From NCBI GenBank assembly GCA_942491135.1, contig CALNZS010000005.1, positions 58,260-122,259 on the forward strand: a stretch of DNA of 64,000 bases, in the 5' to 3' direction. Below the pieces are notes generated by a model. That model was given only the letters and a program-made list of their open reading frames with translations, did not search any database and was not told the origin of the DNA. The position numbers and the translations under genes are program-made. Of this stretch, positions 18,808 to 28,048 are shown piece after piece. Every line of letters starts with the position of its first letter. The first letter of the stretch is position 1. This stretch comes from an uncultured Gammaproteobacteria bacterium. Its GTDB lineage: Bacteria > Pseudomonadota > Gammaproteobacteria > Pseudomonadales > Azotimanducaceae.

Positions 18808-20130
18808 TCAGGCGGCCGGCTGCTCGGCCTGCCAGTCGGCGGCGGCCGCCAGGGCCTGGCGCAGCGGCTTCAGGCTCAGCGCCAACGCGACGATGGCAAT
18901 GCCGTAATTGACCGCGGCCAGGCTCGACAGTGACAGGTCGATAGCGTCTTCGCGCCCGAACACGTAGTCGTTGGTGAGGCCGATGATCAGCGGCGCCAGC
19001 AGATAGGACAGGAACGACACGCAGATCAGGTAGATGGCGATGAGCTGACCACGCATGCGGTTCGGTGCGATGGCCTGCAGGGCCGCATTGCTGAGGCCCG
19101 GCGGCATCGACATGCAGAACGTGATGGGGATCAGCAGCAGCGCCGCCAGCCGGTCGTCATCCAGCAGCGGCATACCGACCGCCACCGGCGCCAGCGCCAG
19201 CGAGCCCCACAGGGTCAGCCGCATGGGCGCGTCCGGGCGCCCGGCGCCGATCATACGGCCGGCGTAGTAGCCGGCGACGACGCTGCCGATGAAGCCGACG
19301 ATCATGGCGATCAGACCATAGGTGATACCGATCTCGGTGCGCGACCAGTCGTGTTTGCGCACGAAGAACTCGACGATCCAGGTCAGAAAAGCGAATCCCT
19401 GAATCGACAGGCACAGGTAGGCGAGAAAATGCAGTGACAGGTAGCGGCTCCGCTCCCGGCAGAAACGCCAGACTTGCGCATAGCCGTAGCCGCGCTCCGG
19501 CTCCGTGAGCCCGCTCAGGCGCGCCGGCTCGCGAATCGTGAACATGGCGGCGGCCAGCAGCACCCCGGGCAGCCCCACCGCCATCAGCACTGCCTGCCAG
19601 GAATAGACCTGGCCGAACAGCGGCAGCACCAGATCCGGACGCGCCTCCAGGTAATCCACCAGTGGTCCGCCGACCAGCGACGCCAGGCCTGTGCCCAGAA
19701 ACGGTGCCGTTGCAACGATCCCGTAGGCCAGCGGCAATCGAGTCTGAGGCAGATAGTCCGCCAGGATCGACGTGGTCGCCGGGCCCAGCGACGCCTCGCC
19801 GATGCCGACCCCCATGCGGGCCAGAAAGAGTTGCCAGTAGGTGGACGCCAGCCCCGCCAACGCCGTCATGGCACTCCAGCTGAAGATACCGGCCGCGATC
19901 AGGTTACGGCGGCTGTAGCGATCCGCCAGCCGCGCCAGCGGCAGCGTCGACAGGGAGTAGACCAGGGAAAACGCCAGGCCGACGATGAGCGAGATCTCGG
20001 TGTCGGACAGACCGCCGAGGTCCCGTTTGATCGGCCCGATCATCACCGCCAGGATCTGCCGGTCGATGAACGATAGCGTGCCGGCCAGGGTCAGCAGCAC
20101 GATGACCCACCACAGGCGCGCCGGGCTCAA
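18808..20130 (-). CDS. MFS transporter
   Basis: Polytopic ORF with an LADRYSRRN loop. TTG start at 20130 ([13 protein letters not shown]) overlaps the rubredoxin stop (GTTGA). The track start at 20208 would overlap rubredoxin by ~80 nt. Confidence 0.8.
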   Translation of the reverse strand: MSPARLWWVIVLLTLAGTLSFIDRQILAVMIGPIKRDLGGLSDTEISLIVGLAFSLVYSLSTLPLARLADRYSRRNLIAAGIFSWSAMTALAGLASTYWQLFLARMGVGIGEASLGPATTSILADYLPQTRLPLAYGIVATAPFLGTGLASLVGGPLVDYLEARPDLVLPLFGQVYSWQAVLMAVGLPGVLLAAAMFTIREPARLSGLTEPERGYGYAQVWRFCRERSRYLSLHFLAYLCLSIQGFAFLTWIVEFFVRKHDWSRTEIGITYGLIAMIVGFIGSVVAGYYAGRMIGAGRPDAPMRLTLWGSLALAPVAVGMPLLDDDRLAALLLIPITFCMSMPPGLSNAALQAIAPNRMRGQLIAIYLICVSFLSYLLAPLIIGLTNDYVFGREDAIDLSLSSLAAVNYGIAIVALALSLKPLRQALAAAADWQAEQPAA

Positions 20131-20294
20131 CCCACTTCCACCATCTCGAAGTCTGACTTGGGTGTGCCGCACTCCGGGCACAGCCAGTCTTCCGGCACAT
20201 CGGCCCACCGGGTTCCCGGGGCGATGCCGTCATCCGGCCAGCCCTCCTCCTCGTCGTAGATGAACCCGCAGGTCAGGCATTGCCACTTTTTCAC
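20127..20294 (-). CDS. Rubredoxin (55 codons, GTG start; not in the supplied ORF track)
   Basis: Own translation: [55 protein letters not shown]. Two CxxCG knuckles. GGAGGA lies 4 nt upstream of the GTG. Confidence 0.85.
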   Translation of the reverse strand: MKKWQCLTCGFIYDEEEGWPDDGIAPGTRWADVPEDWLCPECGTPKSDFEMVEVG

Positions 20295-20354
20295 GTCGTC
20301 CTCCCCGCGCCGCGCGCTCCCGCCGCCGGCGCTGCCGAGCCGGCCCCCGGCCTG

Positions 20355-21185
20355 TCAGCCAGTGCGTCCTTCGAGCTGTGCCCGCTGCGCATAAGGCGGC
20401 GGGCGGTTGCCGTTCTCGTCGACGATGTCGAATTGTTCGGCCAGGTCTTCGACCCACTGGATCTTGCCGGACCGCTCGCTGAGGTCTGCGGCGCCGAGCA
20501 GGGCCGCGGTGGCGCGGCCGACGAACAGCGGGGTCTGGGACTGGGACAGATCGGTGCCCCGGGCCTCGGCAAAGCTGCGCACGAACTCTGTGGCAACCGA
20601 ACCCGGGTACAGGGTTACCGCCGCCACCCCCTTGGGGGCCAGTTCGATGGCCATGTCCGCCGTCAACCGGTCCAGGCCCGCCTTGCCGGCGCCGTACGAA
20701 CTGGAGAAGTGGTAGCCGAGCCCACCCGGCGAGGAAACGTTGACGATGGCGGCGCCGGGGCCGGCCTTGAACAGCAGCGGCGCCGCATGCCAGCTCGCCA
20801 CGTAGTGGGCGCGCAGGCCGATGCCGACCTGATCGTCCCAGACCTGAATCGGGTGGTCCCAGAAACCCCCGCCCCAGGCCGGCGGATCGGGGATCTTGTA
20901 GACGTTGTTGATCAGGAAGTCGATGTGGTCTACCGACTCCCCGATCTGCTTGAACAGCGCTTCGATCTGGGCATCGTCGCCGTGATCGCAGCGAATGGCG
21001 TGACCCTTGCCGCCGGCTTCGGTCACCAGAGCGGCGGTGGTATCGATGGTGTGCTCCCCATCTCCGGTGGTGCGGCCGCTGACGAAAACCTCGCAGCCCT
21101 GCTCCCCGAGGGCAATGGCGATGCCCTTACCGATACCGCGACTGGCCCCCGTGACCACGGCGACCTTTCCTCGTAGATCCGACAT
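20355..21185 (-). CDS. SDR family oxidoreductase
   Basis: TGASRGIGKG, YGAGKAGL. Confidence 0.9.
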   Translation of the reverse strand: MSDLRGKVAVVTGASRGIGKGIAIALGEQGCEVFVSGRTTGDGEHTIDTTAALVTEAGGKGHAIRCDHGDDAQIEALFKQIGESVDHIDFLINNVYKIPDPPAWGGGFWDHPIQVWDDQVGIGLRAHYVASWHAAPLLFKAGPGAAIVNVSSPGGLGYHFSSSYGAGKAGLDRLTADMAIELAPKGVAAVTLYPGSVATEFVRSFAEARGTDLSQSQTPLFVGRATAALLGAADLSERSGKIQWVEDLAEQFDIVDENGNRPPPYAQRAQLEGRTG

Positions 21186-21230
21186 GACTTCCCCATCTGT
21201 TTGGCGTGACCGGCGGCCATCATAGCAAAT

Positions 21231-21251
21231 ACCGGCACACTTGATTGTTTT
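21231..21251 (+). promoter_or_regulatory. Copy of recurrent motif (candidate operator)
   Basis: ACCGGCA CACT TGATTGT TTT in the divergent region between SDR (21185) and P450 (21299). Confidence 0.4.
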
Positions 21252-21298
21252 TAGCGGTCGGGCAAACTGGGCAGAAGACAGCGGGGAGGAAAAGGACC

Positions 21299-22555
21299 AT
21301 GGTCAGCTCGGCGCCGGACGAACTGTTGCGTGACGCGACGCTGCTGGACCCCGCCGTGCAGCAGGACCCCACCGCCTATCACCACGCACTGCACAGCCGG
21401 CCGCTCCACTTCGACCACCGTCTCGGCTGCTACATCTGCGCCAGCTACCCGTTGATGCGCACGATCCTGCGTGACACCGGCACCTTTTCTAGCGTCGACA
21501 GCCAGGCCGCCCACGCCCTGCGGGCCGTGCCGGATGCGGTAAAAGCACTGCGGGCCGACGGCTACCCCCAGGTCAATACGCTGGTTACCAACGACCCGCC
21601 GTCGCACACGCGTTTCCGGCGCATGGTGGACGATGCCTTCCGGCCGAAGCGCATCGAAGGCATGGCCGGCGCCATCCGCCAGATCGTCGACGACAGCATC
21701 GACCGGTTCATCGAGCGCGGCCGTTTCGACGCCGTCACCGATCTGGCCGTGCCCGTGCCTGTCACCGTGATCGCCGACATGCTGGGCCTGGAACGCGGCC
21801 TGGCGCCGCGTATCAAGATCTGGTCGGATGCCTCGGTGGAACCCCTGGGCATGATGGCCGACGAAGCCCGGCTGATCGAATGCGCCCGGCTGATCAGGGA
21901 GTTCCAGGACTTCATTGCCGGCGAACTGGAACGACGCCGGCACGATCCGCGGGACGACCTGCTGACCAGTCTGGTCACGGCCCGGGACGTCGACGGCGCC
22001 GGTTTCTCCCTCCCCGAGATGCTGTCGCTGACCCAGCAGTTTCTGGTGGCCGGCAACGAAACCACCACCAACGGCATCGCCGCCGGGGTGCGTCTGCTGA
22101 TCGAACAGCCGGATCACGCGGCCCGGCTGCGGGACAGCGCGGACCCCGGTCTGATGAGAACCTTCGTCAACGAGGTGCTGCGTCTCGAGTCGCCGGTCCA
22201 GGGCCTGTTCCGCATCGTCACCCGGCCGGTCACCCTGGCGGGCGTCGAGTTGCCTGCCGGCAGCCGGGTCATGCTGCGGTTCGCGGCCGCCAACCGCGAC
22301 CCGGAACAATACGCCGACCCGGACCAGCTGCACCTCGAGCGCAACAACGCCGGCACCCACCTGGCCTTCGGCGCCGGCATTCACCATTGCATCGGCGCCA
22401 GCCTGGCACGCGAGGAGATGTACCAGACCTTCGACGCACTGCTGCAGCGCACCCGGTCGCTCGCTTTCAGCCCCGGCCAGGACCGGTTCGAGCATCACCC
22501 CTCGCTGATCCTGCGCGGGCTGAAAACGTTACCGGTCGAATTCGGGAAACGCTGA
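21299..22555 (+). CDS. Cytochrome P450
   Basis: ATG behind GGGGAGGA. Haem-thiolate loop FGAGIHHCIGASLA, I-helix AGNETT, ExxR. Confidence 0.92.
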   Translation: MVSSAPDELLRDATLLDPAVQQDPTAYHHALHSRPLHFDHRLGCYICASYPLMRTILRDTGTFSSVDSQAAHALRAVPDAVKALRADGYPQVNTLVTNDPPSHTRFRRMVDDAFRPKRIEGMAGAIRQIVDDSIDRFIERGRFDAVTDLAVPVPVTVIADMLGLERGLAPRIKIWSDASVEPLGMMADEARLIECARLIREFQDFIAGELERRRHDPRDDLLTSLVTARDVDGAGFSLPEMLSLTQQFLVAGNETTTNGIAAGVRLLIEQPDHAARLRDSADPGLMRTFVNEVLRLESPVQGLFRIVTRPVTLAGVELPAGSRVMLRFAAANRDPEQYADPDQLHLERNNAGTHLAFGAGIHHCIGASLAREEMYQTFDALLQRTRSLAFSPGQDRFEHHPSLILRGLKTLPVEFGKR

Positions 22556-22588
22556 AGCCCAGGCAATCTCATCACTCGAGGGACTCAC

Positions 22589-23368
22589 ATGAACCAGCAA
22601 CCCAGTGTCACCCGGCGCTTCGATCTGACCGGTCACGTTGCGGTGATCACCGGCGGCGGCCGGGGCATCGGCGAGGGCATCGCGCTCGGCTTCGCCGAAG
22701 CCGGCGCCGCCGTGGTGGTAGCGGCCCGCCGCAGCGCCGAAATCGAGGGGGTGGCGGAGCGGATCCGTCAGTCCGGCGGGCAGGCTCTGGCGGTGACCAC
22801 GGACGTAACGGACGACGACGCCCTGGAAGGACTGGCCCGGGCTGCGGTGGACACCTTCGGCAAGCTGACCATCTGGGTCAACAACGCCGGCGGTTCGCCG
22901 CTGCGCATGCCGCTGGCGGACCTGCCACGAGAGGAGTGGGACCGCACCATCGCCTTGAACCTGACGGCCGTTTACCGCGGCGCCATGGCGGCACAGCGCC
23001 ACATGACCCAGGGTTCCATCATCAACATCACTTCCGGCGCCGGGTCCGGACCGGTGCCGGGCAGCGCGCACTACGGCGCCGCCAAGGCCGGCACCAATTC
23101 CCTGACCTGGACCCTGGCAGCGGAGCTGGCGCCGCACATCCGGGTCAACGCGGTGGCCCCCGGCGCCATCCCCACGGAAGTCATGCTGAAGGCCATCGGC
23201 AAGACCGAGGACCAGCTCGACGAGGTGCTGGAAGACTGGCGCATCCCCCTCGGCCGCCTCGGCACGCCTCAGGACATCGCCGCCGCGTGTATCTACCTGG
23301 CATCCGACGCGGCAAGCTGGGTGAGCGGGGAGATTCTACGGGTCGGGGGCGGGGCGCGGCCGCGCTGA
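22589..23368 (+). CDS. SDR family oxidoreductase
   Basis: TGGGRGIGEG, NNAG, YGAAKAG. Paralog of 10626..11384 and 31005..31781. Confidence 0.9.
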   Translation: MNQQPSVTRRFDLTGHVAVITGGGRGIGEGIALGFAEAGAAVVVAARRSAEIEGVAERIRQSGGQALAVTTDVTDDDALEGLARAAVDTFGKLTIWVNNAGGSPLRMPLADLPREEWDRTIALNLTAVYRGAMAAQRHMTQGSIINITSGAGSGPVPGSAHYGAAKAGTNSLTWTLAAELAPHIRVNAVAPGAIPTEVMLKAIGKTEDQLDEVLEDWRIPLGRLGTPQDIAAACIYLASDAASWVSGEILRVGGGARPR

Positions 23369-23375
23369 GCGGCAC

Positions 23376-24431
23376 TCAGCGCAGCAGCCGGAAGGCCTCC
23401 AGCTCGTCCAGCGCCGACAGCGATCCATCGAGCATGTCGGAGGCCAGCCGGACCCCACGCTCGTTGCCCATGTCCAGGGTGCCGGCGATGACCACGGCGT
23501 AACACAGCAGATACAGCGCGGCGACCTCATAGCGCCGGCTCGACGCCGCCAGGTCGTAGTCGATGCCGCGGCCCGCCAGCTCCTGGCTCAGCACCTGCTG
23601 ATAATGGGCCAGCAGATCCTGCTGGGACCGCACCGCCCTGGGCACGCTCTGGGTAACGAAGTAGGCCACGTCGTGCTCCGGCGCCGACCGGCACACGGCC
23701 TGCCAGTCCACCAGCGCAATCCGGCCATCACCCTGCGCACCCGGAAAGAACACATTGTCGATCCGCAGGTCACCGTGAATGACACACACCGGCGCCGCGC
23801 ACATTTCCTTCATGAGCCGGGGGACGTTGTCGGCGAATCCTGCGCCGATGTCCCGGGCGGACGCGGGAATCAACTCCGCAAAGCGCTCCAGGCAGGCCGG
23901 CCAGCCGGCCTGGAACCCGGCCATCATGCCGTCCCGCTGCATGGGATTGTCGTGCAGAATGATGTGATCGAGGTCCGCCGGAGCCCAGGCGCTGGCATGG
24001 AATCGGGCCAGGGTCGCCAGAATTTCCCGGGCCTCTTCCAGCGTACACCCAGCGACCTGATCGCCGACCCGAAAGCCCTTGAGATCCTCCAGCAGCAGAA
24101 CGAAATCGTGGCTGGCGGCGTCGAAATCGCCGAAGTAACAGGTGGGCGTACGGAGCTGCACCCGGGCCGCGACGTCCCGGTAGAAGCGCACCTCACGGCC
24201 GTACATGTCGTAGGTCTGTGCCACCTCGCGATTGACCGCGGCCGCCGATGGGAACTTGGCGATCACCGATGACGGACCGCCGGCCGCGTCCAGGTGCAGG
24301 CGCACGACCATGCCGATCAGCCCGGCACCTTCGCCGAAGCGCTCCACCTGGAACCCCCGTACGTCAGTCTGAAGCGCATCACTCAGCCACTGGGGCGTCA
24401 GCGCCTCGACCGACGTGGGAAAGCCGGCCAT
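23376..24431 (-). CDS. Phosphotransferase family protein (APH/EcKL-like small-molecule kinase)
   Basis: 351 aa. Catalytic loop VIHGDLRIDN followed by VDWQ. Confidence 0.8.
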   Translation of the reverse strand: MAGFPTSVEALTPQWLSDALQTDVRGFQVERFGEGAGLIGMVVRLHLDAAGGPSSVIAKFPSAAAVNREVAQTYDMYGREVRFYRDVAARVQLRTPTCYFGDFDAASHDFVLLLEDLKGFRVGDQVAGCTLEEAREILATLARFHASAWAPADLDHIILHDNPMQRDGMMAGFQAGWPACLERFAELIPASARDIGAGFADNVPRLMKEMCAAPVCVIHGDLRIDNVFFPGAQGDGRIALVDWQAVCRSAPEHDVAYFVTQSVPRAVRSQQDLLAHYQQVLSQELAGRGIDYDLAASSRRYEVAALYLLCYAVVIAGTLDMGNERGVRLASDMLDGSLSALDELEAFRLLR

Positions 24432-24802
24432 CAGGTCCCGTCACCTCCGGGCGCCGAGAAGAAATCGGCGCGCGGAACCCCCTGGTCGTCGTAGACCGGC
24501 TCGGTCAGGTCGACCCGGTATTTGGCCGTCTCGGCACCCCGCAGGCCGAAGGCGCCAAGGGTGTCGCGCATCCGCGTGTACCAGGTGTTCTGAAAATGTG
24601 CCGCCAGCGCGGCTTCGCTCTCCCAGCGTTCGAAGACCCGTAGCCGTCCCGGGTGCCGGGGATCCGGACACCAGTCGTAATCCAGGCATCCGGGCTGCTC
24701 GAGGGCGCCTTCGATCAGCGGCCGGGCCGCTTCCAGGGCGTCGTCCAGACGCTCCGGCGCCAGATCGATGGTGCCGGATATGATGATGCGGGTCTCGTTC
24801 AT
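24431..24802 (-). CDS. Antibiotic-biosynthesis-monooxygenase (ABM) domain protein
   Basis: 123 aa, ferredoxin-like ABM pattern (RVFERWESEAALAAH). 1-nt overlap with the kinase start. Confidence 0.7.
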   Translation of the reverse strand: MNETRIIISGTIDLAPERLDDALEAARPLIEGALEQPGCLDYDWCPDPRHPGRLRVFERWESEAALAAHFQNTWYTRMRDTLGAFGLRGAETAKYRVDLTEPVYDDQGVPRADFFSAPGGDGT

Positions 24803-24868
24803 CAGGTATCGTCCCAGGTCGGAGGTAACGCCACGCCGGCTGTCGTCGCGAGCTTAGGTGACGCCAAA

Positions 24869-24889
24869 ACCGTCAGTCAAGACGGCTTT
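24869..24889 (+). promoter_or_regulatory. Copy of recurrent motif (candidate operator)
   Basis: ACCGTCA GTCA AGACGGC TTT, the first of two copies upstream of the E1alpha gene. Confidence 0.45.
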
Positions 24890-24912
24890 TCCCGTGGCCA
24901 GCCGGAGCAATT

Positions 24913-24933
24913 TCAAGCAGACTTGACTGTTTT
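24913..24933 (+). promoter_or_regulatory. Half-conserved copy of recurrent motif
   Basis: TCAAGCA GACT TGACTGT TTT, 60 nt upstream of the E1alpha start. Confidence 0.35.
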
Positions 24934-24992
24934 CTTCGATCGGTCAAACTGCGCCGCGGGCACTCTCGCGGATTCACAGGGGGAACGGCAAC

Positions 24993-25964
24993 TTGACGGC
25001 ACAGATATCGGACGAGACGCTGCTGGACATCCATCGCCGCATGGTTCGAATTCGAATCTTCGAAGAGACCGCGGGCAAACTGATGGAGGACGGCAAGATC
25101 CCGGGGGCCCTGCACCTGTACGTTGGCCAGGAGGCCGTCGCTTCCGGGGTCATGGTGCATCTCAGCAACGAAGACTGGATCACCTCCACCCACCGGGGGC
25201 ACGGCCACCTGATCGCCAAGGGCGGCGCATTCGACCGCATGTTCGCCGAACTGTTCGGACGCGCCACCGGCTACTGCAAGGGCAAGGGCGGCAGCATGCA
25301 CATCTCCAACATGGAGCTCGGCATGCTCGGTGCCAACGGTATCGTCGGCGGCGGACCACCCATTGCGGTGGGCGCCGGGTTCTCCAACAAGTTCCGCAAG
25401 ACCCGCAACGTCGCGGTGCCGTTCTTCGGTGACGGGGCCAGCAACGAGGGCGCCTTCCACGAAGCCGCCAACATGGCTGCGCTGTTCAAGCTGCCGGTGG
25501 TCTTCGTCTGCGAGAACAACGGCTACGGCGAGTACACGGCGCAGGCCAATCATCAGGCCATCGTCGACGTCGCGGACCGGGCCGCCGGCTACGGCATGCC
25601 CGGGGTGGTGGTGGACGGCATGGACGCGGTGGCGGTGTACGAGGCCGCCGGCGAGGCCATCGAGCGGGCGCGCAACGGCGACGGCCCGACCCTGCTCGAG
25701 TGCAAGACCTACCGCTTCTACGACCACGTGGGCATTCGCGGCATGGGGCTGACCTACCGCACCGACGAGGAGGTCGCCTACTGGAAAGGCCGCGACCCGA
25801 TCAAGCTGCTGGAGGGCCGCCTGGCCGAACAGGGCATTCTGTCGGCGGACGCCGCCAAAGCCGTGCACGACGAGGTTGCGGCCGACGTGAAGGCCGGGGT
25901 CGAGTTCGCCGAATCCAGTCCCATGCCCGAGCCGGATGCCCTGCTCGAAGACGTCTACGCCTGA
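24993..25964 (+). CDS. Thiamine-diphosphate-dependent dehydrogenase E1 component, alpha subunit (acetoin/pyruvate dehydrogenase type)
   Basis: TTG start behind CAGGGGGAA. Blocks HLYVGQEA, GDGASNEG and FVCENNGYG. Confidence 0.9.
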   Translation: MTAQISDETLLDIHRRMVRIRIFEETAGKLMEDGKIPGALHLYVGQEAVASGVMVHLSNEDWITSTHRGHGHLIAKGGAFDRMFAELFGRATGYCKGKGGSMHISNMELGMLGANGIVGGGPPIAVGAGFSNKFRKTRNVAVPFFGDGASNEGAFHEAANMAALFKLPVVFVCENNGYGEYTAQANHQAIVDVADRAAGYGMPGVVVDGMDAVAVYEAAGEAIERARNGDGPTLLECKTYRFYDHVGIRGMGLTYRTDEEVAYWKGRDPIKLLEGRLAEQGILSADAAKAVHDEVAADVKAGVEFAESSPMPEPDALLEDVYA

Positions 25965-25975
25965 CCGGAGGAAAC

Positions 25976-26974
25976 ATGGCAGAAGCACAGGTACAAGCGC
26001 GTAAGCTCCCCTATGTCTCCGCGATCACCGACGGCGTACGCGCGGTGCTGCGGGAACAGGACAACAGTTTCGTCATCGGCGAGGACGTAGCCGGTGCCGG
26101 TAGCGTCTATGGCTACTACAAGGGCCTGCTCGAAGAGTTCGGTCCCGAGCGCATCTACGACACACCGATCTCCGAGGAAGGCATCATGGGTCTCGGGGTC
26201 GGCGCGGCCGCTACCGGCTGCCGGCCCATCGTCGACCTCATGTTCATGGACTTCATCGGCGAGTGCATGGACGAAATCGCCAACCAGCTCGCCAAGATGC
26301 GCTACATGTTCGGTGGACATGCCAAGCTGCCGGTGACGGTGCTGACCATGGCCGGCGCCGGCGCCAGCCTGGCCGCCCAGCACAGCCAGAGCCTGGAGTC
26401 CTGGCTGTGCCATCTGCCGGGCCTGAAGGTGGTGATGCCCACCACGCCCTACGACGCCAAGGGTCTGATCATCGCCGCCGCCCGGGACGACAATCCGGTG
26501 TTCGTGGTACTGAACAAGGTGTCACTGGCGATGTCCGGCGAGGTCCCCGAGGAGGTCTACGAAATTCCGCTCGGCGAGGCCAATGTCGTGCGCCAGGGCG
26601 GTGACTACACCATCGTGGCCACCGGGCGCATGCTGCACGAAGCGTTGAAAGCCGCCGAGGAGCTCAAGTCCCTGGGAGTCGACACGGAAGTGATCGACCC
26701 GCGCACCCTGCAGCCGTTCGACATCGATACGGTGGCCGAGTCGGTGCGCAAGACTCATCGCGTCATGGTCGTGCACGAGGCAGTCCGCACCGGCGGCCTC
26801 GGCGCCGAAATTGCAGCACAGATCCAGGAAGTGGCGTTCGACTATCTGGACGCCCCGGTCGCCCGGGTCGGCGCGCCGTTCTCGCCGGTGCCGTTCAGCC
26901 CGGCGCTGGAAGCCCACTACGTGCCGAACGCCGCGCGCATCGTCGCCGAGGCGCGCCAGCAACTGGCCATCTGA
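25976..26974 (+). CDS. 2-oxoacid dehydrogenase E1 component, beta subunit
   Basis: Internal ATG of ORF 25700..26974 behind GGAGGAAAC. Transketolase-like blocks IGEDV, DTPISEEG and HSQS. Confidence 0.9.
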   Translation: MAEAQVQARKLPYVSAITDGVRAVLREQDNSFVIGEDVAGAGSVYGYYKGLLEEFGPERIYDTPISEEGIMGLGVGAAATGCRPIVDLMFMDFIGECMDEIANQLAKMRYMFGGHAKLPVTVLTMAGAGASLAAQHSQSLESWLCHLPGLKVVMPTTPYDAKGLIIAAARDDNPVFVVLNKVSLAMSGEVPEEVYEIPLGEANVVRQGGDYTIVATGRMLHEALKAAEELKSLGVDTEVIDPRTLQPFDIDTVAESVRKTHRVMVVHEAVRTGGLGAEIAAQIQEVAFDYLDAPVARVGAPFSPVPFSPALEAHYVPNAARIVAEARQQLAI

Positions 26975-27004
26975 CTCCGGCCCGCAGGCGCTGCCAGCGG
27001 CATC

Positions 27005-28039
27005 ATGAGTGTCATCGGCATCATCGCCAATCCAGCCTCCGGCAAGGACATCCGGCGGCTGGTGGCCCGCGCCTCGGTGTTCGACAACCAGGAGAAGCAG
27101 GCCATCATCCGCCGCGCCCTGGCGGGTATTCAGGCCACCGCCGGCGACAACTGCCGGATCGCCTACCTGGACGATCCCCAGGGCATCTGCCGGCGGGCTC
27201 TGGCCGAGGTCTCCGGCGTGGACAGCCACGCAGTGACGGCCACCCGCACGGCCAGCGCGCTGGATACCCGGACTGCCGCCATGGCGCTCCGGGACGACGG
27301 CTGTCGAGTGGTCATGGTGCTGGGCGGCGACGGCACCAACCGGGCGGTTGCCTCGGTGTGGCCGGACGTGCCCGTCATCGCGTTGTCGACCGGCACCAAC
27401 AACGTCTTTCCCAGCCTCCAGGAAGCCACCATCGCGGGCGCCGCCGCCGGCCTCATTGCAAGCGATCAGGTAGCCCTGTCGGAGGTCGCAAGCCGCTGCA
27501 AGTGCATTCGGGTGGAGATCGACGGCGAGGACGACGACATCGCCCTGATCGACGCCGTGCACAGCCGCGAACGCTTCGTTGGTGCCCGGGCCCTGCTGTC
27601 GCCGGACAGTCTGCAGACCGTGTGCCTGACCCGGGCCGACCCGGCGGCGGTGGGTATGACCGCCATCGGCGGCCTGCTCGACCCGCTTGACGATGCCGCC
27701 GACGAAGGCCAGATCATCCACATCGGCCCGGGCGGGGTGACGGTCAATGCACCTATCGCCCCCGGACATTACACGCGGATCGGCATTGCCGGCTGGCGCC
27801 GTCTGCCGCTGGGGGAGTGGGTCGAGCTGCAGGGGCCGGGCGTTCTCGCCTTCGACGGCGAACGGGAACGGGTCCTGCGCCCGGACGGCCGGGCCCGGCT
27901 GCGGGTGGTGCGCGAAGGGCCCCGGGTGATCGACGTGCAGCGGACACTGTGGCTCGGCGCCCGACACCACGCTTTCCGGCAGAACCCATCGCGCGGGCCA
28001 GCGGATCCCGCACCGAACCGTCGTAGAGATTCAGCATAA
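27005..28039 (+). CDS. acoX: ATP-NAD kinase family protein (AcoX-like)
   Basis: 344 aa. The GGDGT motif (VLGGDGTNRAV) and its position inside an E1/E2 cluster match acetoin-catabolism acoX genes. Confidence 0.7.
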   Translation: MSVIGIIANPASGKDIRRLVARASVFDNQEKQAIIRRALAGIQATAGDNCRIAYLDDPQGICRRALAEVSGVDSHAVTATRTASALDTRTAAMALRDDGCRVVMVLGGDGTNRAVASVWPDVPVIALSTGTNNVFPSLQEATIAGAAAGLIASDQVALSEVASRCKCIRVEIDGEDDDIALIDAVHSRERFVGARALLSPDSLQTVCLTRADPAAVGMTAIGGLLDPLDDAADEGQIIHIGPGGVTVNAPIAPGHYTRIGIAGWRRLPLGEWVELQGPGVLAFDGERERVLRPDGRARLRVVREGPRVIDVQRTLWLGARHHAFRQNPSRGPADPAPNRRRDSA

Positions 28040-28048
28040 GGAGCACAG

